Below the pieces are notes generated by a model. It was not told the origin of the DNA, searched no databases, and saw only the letters and a list, made by a program, of their open reading frames with translations. From Candidatus Woesearchaeota archaeon (lineage in GTDB: Archaea > Nanobdellota > Nanobdellia > SCGC-AAA011-G17 > ARS1403), in contig JAGVZI010000020.1 in the NCBI GenBank assembly GCA_018302705.1, positions 1,081-65,080 on the forward strand: DNA of 64,000 nt. The letters run 5' to 3'. Shown here piece after piece: positions 56,194 through 64,000 of this stretch (position 1 is its first letter; the number at the start of each line of letters is the position of its first letter). The translations under genes and the position numbers were made by a program.

Positions 56194-56747
56194 ATCTTGA
56201 AACAAGAATTATAAAGGAAAGCTTGGGAATATTAATTTTGGCTTCAATAATTAGCACTCTCGGAGGGATAGGGTTAGAAATGGTCCAGAAGAAAATCCTA
56301 ACAACCCTGCCTCTGTTAATCCTGTTCCCGGCGCTTAATAACATGGTTGGAGGTTTTGGCATTGCTTTCTCTTCCAGGTACACAACTCTGTTGCAGCAGA
56401 AAAAACTTGGAAAGAAAAAATTCATGAATAAAGCATTAAGGGAGCATTTTATATTAATTCTAAAGGTCTCTGCCATCGCTGCCTTCTATATTTCAACTCT
56501 TTCTTTAGTCGTAGCTTCATTGAAGGAATTCACATTCAACCCGTTTTTATACCTTAAAATCCTTGCAGTAACAATAATAACAACAATATCCTTGGTTTCA
56601 TTAATCGCCGTGATCTCGGTACTGGCTGGAAGATATTTCATAAAGAAAAAAGAAGATCCAGATAATCTGTTAATCCCGATTACAACCTCTATCGCAGACC
56701 TCGGCTCTATGATAATCTTTTCTTTACTTATTTTTATCCTCTTCTAA
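56190..56747 (+). CDS. MgtE-type integral membrane domain protein (second copy)
   Basis: PALNNMVG, DPDNLLIPITTSIADL. Confidence 0.85.
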   Translation: MNLETRIIKESLGILILASIISTLGGIGLEMVQKKILTTLPLLILFPALNNMVGGFGIAFSSRYTTLLQQKKLGKKKFMNKALREHFILILKVSAIAAFYISTLSLVVASLKEFTFNPFLYLKILAVTIITTISLVSLIAVISVLAGRYFIKKKEDPDNLLIPITTSIADLGSMIIFSLLIFILF

Positions 56748-57350
56748 TCTGAATACCCCGTTATTCTTAATCTCGAAATTTACCTGGCCATTATTATTTT
56801 CAAACCTTAGCCGTCTAGGAAATTTTTCAAGCCTTATTATCCTCTTGCTCAACTTTTTAATAAGCACCCCTCCAATCATCTCTATCTCATCTTTTTTTAT
56901 ATTATTATAAACCTGGGTGGTTATTATCACAGGGGTTTTTCTGCTCAATTCATCTAGGATTTTAAGCTGCCTCCATACCCACATATTATACACTCTCGGT
57001 TTCTCCCTCACTTTTGCCCTGTAAAAATGGCTTATAGTATCAACTATTATCAGGGAGATATTTTTCATCTCGGGTAAGGACATAACTATCTTGTTCTGCT
57101 CAGAAAACCTTTTTGGCTTAAATAAGATAATTCCCCCTAATACTCTTTGAAATCCATCTCCGGATAGCTGCTTAATTCTTTCTGAATTAAAACTATTTTC
57201 AGTATCAATGTAAACAACTTTTCTGTTTTCCCTGGCCTGTTCAATAGCAGCAAGTTTTGCAAATGTAGTCTTCCCAGTGCTGGCCTCCCCATAAATGCAA
57301 GTTATTTCGTTTTCATAATGCTGAAACAAATTGCATCCGCTGTTAATCAT
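56724..57350 (-). CDS. radB: DNA repair/recombination protein RadB
   Basis: YGEASTGKT, VVYIDTE, IIVDTI, TTQVY; short RecA-fold core. Confidence 0.8.
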   Translation of the reverse strand: MINSGCNLFQHYENEITCIYGEASTGKTTFAKLAAIEQARENRKVVYIDTENSFNSERIKQLSGDGFQRVLGGIILFKPKRFSEQNKIVMSLPEMKNISLIIVDTISHFYRAKVREKPRVYNMWVWRQLKILDELSRKTPVIITTQVYNNIKKDEIEMIGGVLIKKLSKRIIRLEKFPRRLRFENNNGQVNFEIKNNGVFRLEEDKNK

Positions 57351-57454
57351 ACGCTAAAGTAGAGGATAAGACTTAATAACCTTATCTTAAATAAAAAATT
57401 TTGTGCAAAAATCTAATTATTGTGCAAACCCACCGGTAGCGAAAGATTTATAAA

Positions 57455-57483
57455 TCATGTATATACATGAAATGTATACACAT
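57455..57483. promoter_or_regulatory. Palindromic operator candidate
   Basis: Perfect 16-bp palindrome TCATGTATATACATGA plus imperfect copy ATGTATACACAT, just after a TTTATAAA box. Confidence 0.55.
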
Positions 57484-57502
57484 AGGATATACTAAAATCA
57501 AG

Positions 57503-57853
57503 ATGTCAGACATATTTAATGCAAAGGTATTGTGCGATGGGTGCAATACAAGAATGGAGAAGACAAGCATTCTAAGAAATGGATTCAATGTACGAGCTTT
57601 AGAATGCCCGGGGTGCGGAAAAAATTATTTGCATCCAGAAGACGAATATAAATTAGAGCAATTCTCAAAACTTAGGAACAAGCATTTTCAGGTAAAGTTA
57701 AGGATAGTAGGCAATTCCTATACAGTCTCGATTCCTCGCGAGATAATTGATTATCAAGATGAAATACAAAAAAGATTAAATAAGATGCTTTTTATGGCAT
57801 TAGAAGAGCCTGAAAAGCTAAGTATCTTTTTCAGAAAGAGGGTATTTGAATAA
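57503..57853 (+). CDS. Zn-ribbon + AbrB/MazE-like DNA-binding protein
   Basis: CDGC...CPGC; [18 protein letters not shown]. Confidence 0.8.
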   Translation: MSDIFNAKVLCDGCNTRMEKTSILRNGFNVRALECPGCGKNYLHPEDEYKLEQFSKLRNKHFQVKLRIVGNSYTVSIPREIIDYQDEIQKRLNKMLFMALEEPEKLSIFFRKRVFE

Positions 57854-57855
57854 AA

Positions 57856-60141
57856 ATGACAGAAAAAAAAGAAGCTCAATTAAAGGTAATGGAAGCCCTG
57901 CAGGAAGAGGCATACAAGGGGATAGTTAGGATTGATAGTAGTACGATGAGCCTTCTAGGTGTTCGTCCCGGGGATGTTATAGAAATTGAAGGCTCAAGAA
58001 TTACAGTGGGTGTTGTTGATCGCGCATACCCCTCAGATATTGGTCAGTCAATAATCAGGATGGATGGTATTCTAAGGAGGAATGCAAAAACAGGTATTGG
58101 AGAAAGTGTCAAGGTCAGGCCTGCCGAAGTTAAAGAGGCAAAATCTATTATAATTGCTCCAGCTCAAAAGGGGATAATGGTTCAAGCTCATCCAGATGTT
58201 TTCAAGCGCGGTTTATTGGGCAGGGCAGTTGTTAAAGGTGACATAGTTGCATTGGGGGGCACAAGAAGGAGGAGAAGAACTTTAGCAGAATCGCCTTTCT
58301 TCGATGACATATTCAATTTTGAAGACACATTATTTGATAATTTTGGTTTTTCATCTCTGAAATTCATTGTTGTTGACGCAATTCCCAAGCAGCCTTTGAT
58401 AGTTACAGAAACAACTGAAATAAAAGTAAATCCGAAGGCAGTTGATATTGTAGAAGAATCATTTCCAGAAGTTACTTATGAAGACATTGGCGGGTTAAAA
58501 GAAGAAATTAAAAAAATTAGAGAGATGATTGAGCTGCCATTAAGGCATCCAGAGATTTTTAAAAGACTAGGAATTGAACCTCCTGCAGGTGTTTTGTTGC
58601 ACGGTCCTCCAGGATGCGGAAAAACTTTGCTGGCAAAAGCAGTTGCAAATGAATCAGATGCGCATTTCATTTTAGTTAATGGTCCTGAGATTATGAATAA
58701 ATATTATGGAGAGTCAGAAAAAAGAATTAGGCAACTATTTGAAGATGCGGAAAAAAATGCACCTGCAATTATTTTCATCGACGAGATAGATGCAATCGCT
58801 CCAAAGAGGGAAGATGTTCATGGAGAATTGGAGAGGCGGGTTGTAGCCCAATTATTGTCGATGATGGACGGTTTAAAGAACAGAGGGAAAGTTGTAGTCA
58901 TAGCAGCAACTAACAGGCCCAATGCAATAGACCCAGCACTAAGGCGTCCTGGAAGGTTTGACAGGGAAATTCCAATTTCTGTTCCAAACAAGAAAGGGAG
59001 ATTGAATATTTTAAAAATCCATACAAGAAACATGCCGATGGCAGAAGATGTAAAATTGGAAAAATTAGCAGAAGTAACTCATGGTTTTGTAGGAGCAGAT
59101 GTTTCAGCACTAGCAAAAGAAGCAGCCATGAATGTTCTGAGAAGATTGCTTCCAGATATAAAACTGCAGGAGAAAGAGCCAATTCCAAAAGAACTTTTAG
59201 AAAAATTAATAGTGACAAAAGAAGATTTCCAAGAAGCCTTGAAGATTGTAAGGCCTTCTGCGATGAGAGAAATTTTAGTAGAAATACCGAATGTAAGATG
59301 GAATCAAGTAGGGGGTTTAGAATTAACAAAGCAGGAGCTAAAAGAGGCAGTTGAATGGCCGTTGAAATATCAGAATGCATTCAAGAATCTAAGTATAAAG
59401 CCTCCAAGAGGAATCTTGCTTTACGGTCCTCCAGGATGCGGAAAAACTTTGCTGGCAAAAGCAGTTGCAAACGAGTCGCAGGCAAACTTCATTTTAATCA
59501 AAGGGCCAGAATTATTGAACAAATTCGTCGGAGAAAGCGAACGGGGAGTTAGGAAAGTTTTTGAAAAAGCAAGGCAATTAAATCCTGCAATAATATTTTT
59601 CGATGAAGTGGATTCCCTTGTCCCGCGGCGTGGAGGCTATGACAATTCAGGAGTTACTGAAAGAGTTGTGAATACTTTGCTCTCAGAGATGGACGGCCTT
59701 GAAGAATTAAATGATGTAATTGTGATGGCAGCGACCAACAGGCCAGATATGCTCGACCCAGCATTATTAAGGCCAGGAAGATTTGACAGGATGATTTTAG
59801 TTTCTGTTCCGGATGAAAAATCTAGATTAGAAATTTTTAATATTAATACAAAGGATATGCCAATAGCTACAGATGTTGATTTAGCAAAGCTTGCAAAAGA
59901 AGCTAAGTTATACACGGGGGCAGACATTGAAAATGTTTGCAAGGAAGCAGGAATTTTAGCATTAAGAGAAAACATAAAGGCAAGAGAGATCACAATGAAG
60001 CACTTTGAAGAAGCTCTGAAAAAAACAAGAGCGAGTGTAACAGAAGATGACTTGGAAGCATACAAGCTAATTGAAGAGCGCTTCTTTAAATCTGCAAGGG
60101 GAGCAGCAATAAGAAAAGAAATACCAACTTATTTTGGTTAA
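57856..60141 (+). CDS. cdc48: CDC48/VCP AAA+ ATPase
   Basis: N domain; two AAA modules (GPPGCGKT; [10 protein letters not shown] / [10 protein letters not shown]). Confidence 0.97.
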   Translation: MTEKKEAQLKVMEALQEEAYKGIVRIDSSTMSLLGVRPGDVIEIEGSRITVGVVDRAYPSDIGQSIIRMDGILRRNAKTGIGESVKVRPAEVKEAKSIIIAPAQKGIMVQAHPDVFKRGLLGRAVVKGDIVALGGTRRRRRTLAESPFFDDIFNFEDTLFDNFGFSSLKFIVVDAIPKQPLIVTETTEIKVNPKAVDIVEESFPEVTYEDIGGLKEEIKKIREMIELPLRHPEIFKRLGIEPPAGVLLHGPPGCGKTLLAKAVANESDAHFILVNGPEIMNKYYGESEKRIRQLFEDAEKNAPAIIFIDEIDAIAPKREDVHGELERRVVAQLLSMMDGLKNRGKVVVIAATNRPNAIDPALRRPGRFDREIPISVPNKKGRLNILKIHTRNMPMAEDVKLEKLAEVTHGFVGADVSALAKEAAMNVLRRLLPDIKLQEKEPIPKELLEKLIVTKEDFQEALKIVRPSAMREILVEIPNVRWNQVGGLELTKQELKEAVEWPLKYQNAFKNLSIKPPRGILLYGPPGCGKTLLAKAVANESQANFILIKGPELLNKFVGESERGVRKVFEKARQLNPAIIFFDEVDSLVPRRGGYDNSGVTERVVNTLLSEMDGLEELNDVIVMAATNRPDMLDPALLRPGRFDRMILVSVPDEKSRLEIFNINTKDMPIATDVDLAKLAKEAKLYTGADIENVCKEAGILALRENIKAREITMKHFEEALKKTRASVTEDDLEAYKLIEERFFKSARGAAIRKEIPTYFG

Positions 60142-60216
60142 CATTAAAAAGTAGTAATAAAACCGAAATGTTTAAAAAACCTTTTTACAATAATTTTTAA
60201 CAATAAAGGCTAAAAA

Positions 60217-60945
60217 ATGAAAACAGAAACACAAGTTAAAGAATATAAATTTAAAGGAAATCCAACAATTCTTGTTCCTAGAGTAGGAAACCTTGTCTAC
60301 GATGAAAGAGGTCAGGAAATCTTGGCAATTCATAATGAAAGGTTTAGAGGCATTTCTCATATAGAAGACAAACATAATTACAAGGAAGGGTAGCCTTTAT
60401 CATATTCAAATGTCCCAAGAGTTCTTAGCTATGCTCAGTTATTAAGGGAAAGATTCCAGGACATGCATGTTTTAAGTCCGGAGGAAGTAGTTCAATATTG
60501 GGATGCAATTCCAGAAAGAGATTCTACTTATGCAGACACTAATTCAGTTCCAGTTTATCCTAATGAAGGCTGCAATGAAGGCTTAAGGCAGAGAGTTTTA
60601 GCTATACTGGGAAAGCAAAAAACAGAAACACTTTTAGCAGTCTCAGGATTAGGTGTTGAAAGAGCAGATAATCATCAAGGATTTACTTTTACAGAAAAAG
60701 AAGCTACTAGGGCAGAAGAAGCTCCTTACTTGCAAAGAGATGGAAAAGTTAGGTATGACGGAACAAGATTAGTTAATTCTGAAGAAGGAGTTTCTATCTG
60801 GGTTCCAGAAAGCCAATCCGGCCTTCGTAGGCTTTACCGTTACGGGTCTGGCAGGCTCAATGCCTGGGACGATGCCCTGCTTGACTCGGATGGGTCTGGT
60901 CGGGTACAAGTTTTATACGACCCGCAGGGTCGCGCCGAAAAATAA
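60217..60945 (+). pseudogene. DGR-target-like protein with one in-frame TAG (60391-60393)
   Basis: Frame open from ATG 60217 through ...KEG*PLSYSNVPRVL...; C-terminus SGLRRLYRYGSGRLNAWDDALLDSDGSGRV resembles DPANN DGR variable regions. Confidence 0.6.
60918..60932 (+). other. GC-rich stem-loop after the putative DGR variable region
   Basis: CGACCC-GCA-GGGTCG perfect hairpin. Confidence 0.6.
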
Positions 60946-60998
60946 GGTTTATTTAATTATCTTCTTATTATTAATTAATATTATCAATCTCATCAGAT

Positions 60999-61883
60999 CT
61001 AATCCAACTTAGTCATCACAATAGGCTTGTCAGCAACCATCACAGTGTGCTCTGCCTGGCTTACTTTCATTCCATCTTCTTCAACTAATTCAGGATACCG
61101 ACGGATAATCCCTTGTTGCTCCAGTACTCTGAAGCTGTTATTTATTCTAAACTCATCAAACTTTCCCTTCACCCATTCTTTTGAAATGGGCAACCCCTTG
61201 TAATTTTCATAAATATAATCTAGCACCTCTCTGCCTATCCTCACACTTTTCAATTCTTCTATCCTGTATATCCCGCTTAACCTTCCTTCATTAACTTTGC
61301 CAGCACCCGTAGTTGCAAAAGGCTCAACAGCAAAAACCTGCCCGTCTTCTAATTCAGTTTCGCTTTTATTATCGTAGTTCGGAATAATAATCCCGGCATG
61401 TAAATTCCATTGCTCAACCTCATGCCCGCTTAAGTTTCTTATAGGGTTAAAACCATAACCGACAATAACCTCTTCGATAGCGTTCCCAATTTCTCCAAGT
61501 TTTATACCGGGCCTCATTAAGTTAATCGCTTCCCTCAATGCATCTTTGCTAGCCCTTATTAATTCTAAATCCTCATCGGTATCAATGCTTACACTTAGAG
61601 CATTGTCTCCGATAAAGCCATTAACATGCACGCCAACATCTATTTTAGCCAGGTCTCCGTGCTTAAATTTCTCCTCGCTGTCATTTAGAGCATAGCAGTG
61701 AGCAGCTTTGTTATTAAGGGAGATCTGCACAGGAAAAGCTAATCCCGCCCCTTGCTGATGCACAAAATCTTCTGTTTTTTTAGTAACATCTCTTAACAAA
61801 ACACCTTCCTTAATTAATTTCTTGCCAAACAACAGCGCTTCAGCAGCAATCTTTCCTGCTTTCTTGTAATCCTGCAAATTCAT
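60999..61883 (-). CDS. map: Methionine aminopeptidase type II
   Basis: AFPVQIS, AAH, KIDVGVH, GDNA, NLSGH, AVEPF, QAEHTV. Confidence 0.95.
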   Translation of the reverse strand: MNLQDYKKAGKIAAEALLFGKKLIKEGVLLRDVTKKTEDFVHQQGAGLAFPVQISLNNKAAHCYALNDSEEKFKHGDLAKIDVGVHVNGFIGDNALSVSIDTDEDLELIRASKDALREAINLMRPGIKLGEIGNAIEEVIVGYGFNPIRNLSGHEVEQWNLHAGIIIPNYDNKSETELEDGQVFAVEPFATTGAGKVNEGRLSGIYRIEELKSVRIGREVLDYIYENYKGLPISKEWVKGKFDEFRINNSFRVLEQQGIIRRYPELVEEDGMKVSQAEHTVMVADKPIVMTKLD

Positions 61884-61943
61884 AACCCTGCTTTTGCAAT
61901 AACATATTTAAACTTATCTTTAGAACAAATCAATATTATAAAT

Positions 61944-64000
61944 ATGAAAGGCTTCATCCTCTATCCGACTTACAGAATATTCAATGGCAGGCCTCATGTT
62001 CTGCTATTTGGAAAATTAGAAAACGGGCAATCTTTTCTTACAGTAAATTCTTTCAGGCCATATTTCTATATAAAAGAGGCTGATCTTCCCTCGCTCCCAA
62101 AAGAACATGAATACACCCGGACAGATTTAAAAAATTTTAATGAAGAAAAATTAATCAAGGTTTATACAGAAATCCCGTCAGAGGTTCCGCAGATTAGAAG
62201 GTATCTCGAGGAGCATGGAGTTGAATGCTATGAAGCAGATATAAGATTCCCATACCGCTTTCTTATAGACAATAATATAATGTCCGCGATAGAAATCCAG
62301 GAAGAAGATTACGAGCAGAATGAGTATCTGGATCGGATTTACAACGAGCCCGCAATAATCCCGGCGCAATTCAAGCCAGTTTTAAAAATTTTCTCAATAG
62401 ATATAGAAACCTCAATAGATGGGAAAAAACTTTACTCAATTTCAATATATTCCGAGGAATTTCAAAAAGCATTGATTGTCAGTAAAAAGAAAATCAAAAG
62501 CGCTATCGTCTTCAAAGATGAAGAATCGCTATTGGAGAAATTCAAGGAAGTAATAATTGAAGAAGATCCTGATATTATAACTGGCTGGAGCGTAATTGAT
62601 TTTGATCTAAATTTCCTGAGAGAAAAATTCAAGCAGCACAAGATTCCATTCGTACTCGGGAGAACAGACCAGCAGTGTAAATTAAAATTAGAGTCGGATT
62701 TCTTCAAGACTTCAAAGTCAGATTTTCAGGGCAGGTTGGTGTTGGACGCGATTGGCTTGTTGAAAGGGTCTTTCATCCAGCTTGAAAATTATAAGCTCAG
62801 CACGGCAGCTGCTCATTTCTTGAAACAGGGAAAGCTTATCGATGATTACAATAAAGCAGAAGAGATAGAATCCATGTACAAGAAAAATCCAGAAAAGCTT
62901 GTTGAATACAACATGAAGGATGCGCAGCTTGTGCTTGATATAATTAAAAAAACAAGGGTTTTAGATCTATCAATCCATCGCTCGCTTTTGACCGGAATGC
63001 CGCTAGACCGGGTCAGTGCCTCTATTGCTTCATTTGATTCCCTCTACTTAAGAAAATTAAAAGAAAGAAATTATGCAGCGCAGTCAGCAAGCTTTAGGAA
63101 CAAAGAAACAAGAATCACTGGCGGTTATGTCATGGATTCAATCCCGGGAATTTATGAAAACATAATCATTTTAGATTTTAAATCTCTCTATCCTTCGATT
63201 ATAAGGACATTTAACATAGACCCATTAACCTTCGTCGGAAAGAAACCCGGAAAAAATTTAATCATAGCTCCTAATCGAGCAGCATTCAAAAAAGAGAAAG
63301 GGATTTTGCCGGATATAATCGCAGAATTGATGGAGGAAAGGGAGAGGGTAAAAAAGGAAAAGGATGAGCTCACTTCCCATGCCATTAAGATTTTATTAAA
63401 CTCTTTTTTTGGCGTGATGGCGAATCCTTCTTTCAGATTTTTTAACACAGATATGGCAAATGCAATTACCCACTTTGGGCAGTTTTTAATAAAAATGACT
63501 GCAGAAGAAATAAGGAAAAAGGGGTATGAGGTTATTTATCAAGATACAGACAGCATATTTGTAAAATCATGTATTGAAAAATATGAAGATGCAGAAATTG
63601 AAGGAAGAAAAATCACAGTAGTTATGAATCTTTTTTTTGAAAAATATATTGGCAACACTTATGGAACAAGGAATCACTTAGAGTTAGAATTTGAAAAAGT
63701 CTACAAGATGTTCATAATGCCAAAGATCAGAAGTGAGGAAGCAGGAGCCAAAAAAAGATATGCCGGGTTAAGAGTTGTGAATGGAGAGGAGAAAATAGAA
63801 TTTACGGGAATGGAATCGAGAAGAAGAGATTGGACAGAGGTGTCAAAAAAATTTCAGCACGAATTACTAGACAGGATATTCCACAAAAAGGAAATTTCAG
63901 ATTATGTTAAAAAGTTCATAAAAGAAGTAAAGGAAGGAAAATATGATGATATGCTAATCTATCGCAAAGGCTTGAGAAAAAATGTAGAACAATATACTAA
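61944..64000 (+). CDS. Family B DNA polymerase (runs off window end)
   Basis: Manual translation MKGFILYPTY...; exonuclease SIDIET, DFKSLYPSII, KILLNSFFG, YQDTDS, KKRYAG. Confidence 0.93.
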   Translation, partial: MKGFILYPTYRIFNGRPHVLLFGKLENGQSFLTVNSFRPYFYIKEADLPSLPKEHEYTRTDLKNFNEEKLIKVYTEIPSEVPQIRRYLEEHGVECYEADIRFPYRFLIDNNIMSAIEIQEEDYEQNEYLDRIYNEPAIIPAQFKPVLKIFSIDIETSIDGKKLYSISIYSEEFQKALIVSKKKIKSAIVFKDEESLLEKFKEVIIEEDPDIITGWSVIDFDLNFLREKFKQHKIPFVLGRTDQQCKLKLESDFFKTSKSDFQGRLVLDAIGLLKGSFIQLENYKLSTAAAHFLKQGKLIDDYNKAEEIESMYKKNPEKLVEYNMKDAQLVLDIIKKTRVLDLSIHRSLLTGMPLDRVSASIASFDSLYLRKLKERNYAAQSASFRNKETRITGGYVMDSIPGIYENIIILDFKSLYPSIIRTFNIDPLTFVGKKPGKNLIIAPNRAAFKKEKGILPDIIAELMEERERVKKEKDELTSHAIKILLNSFFGVMANPSFRFFNTDMANAITHFGQFLIKMTAEEIRKKGYEVIYQDTDSIFVKSCIEKYEDAEIEGRKITVVMNLFFEKYIGNTYGTRNHLELEFEKVYKMFIMPKIRSEEAGAKKRYAGLRVVNGEEKIEFTGMESRRRDWTEVSKKFQHELLDRIFHKKEISDYVKKFIKEVKEGKYDDMLIYRKGLRKNVEQYT

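Noticed and set aside
60385-60398. Intron or recoding hairpin around the TAG (AAGG-GTAG-CCTT)
   Set aside because: Only a 4-bp stem with no BHB; a point nonsense mutation is simpler.

Overview
A 64 kb AT-rich chromosomal segment from an archaeon, most likely DPANN (Woesearchaeales/Pacearchaeales-like). This assignment is inferred from PolD DP1/DP2, Cdc6, RadB, Hef, LonB, CDC48, type II MetAP, a large class III-signal pilin locus and small genes. In order the window holds: RPA, a type IV pilus locus (about 11 pilin-like genes, a TadC/FlaJ-like protein and an ATPase), an MNT-HEPN pair, housekeeping and peptidase genes, cdc6-DP1-DP2 beside a candidate oriC, and two wHTH genes with repeat arrays and an ORB-like box. 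These are followed by a XerA-anchored variable island (about 41-49 kb), SerRS, TopA, RadB, CDC48, a DGR-target-like gene, MetAP and a partial family B polymerase. The top finding is a small basic protein gene (49124-49323) missing from the ORF track. It is split by two short inserts (30 and 32 nt) that each fold into bulge-helix-bulge (BHB) motifs. Cutting at the canonical splicing-endonuclease positions restores a 45-aa ORF, making these candidate tRNA-type introns in an mRNA with a 16-nt micro-exon. All calls come from reading and manual folding; no database searches were run.
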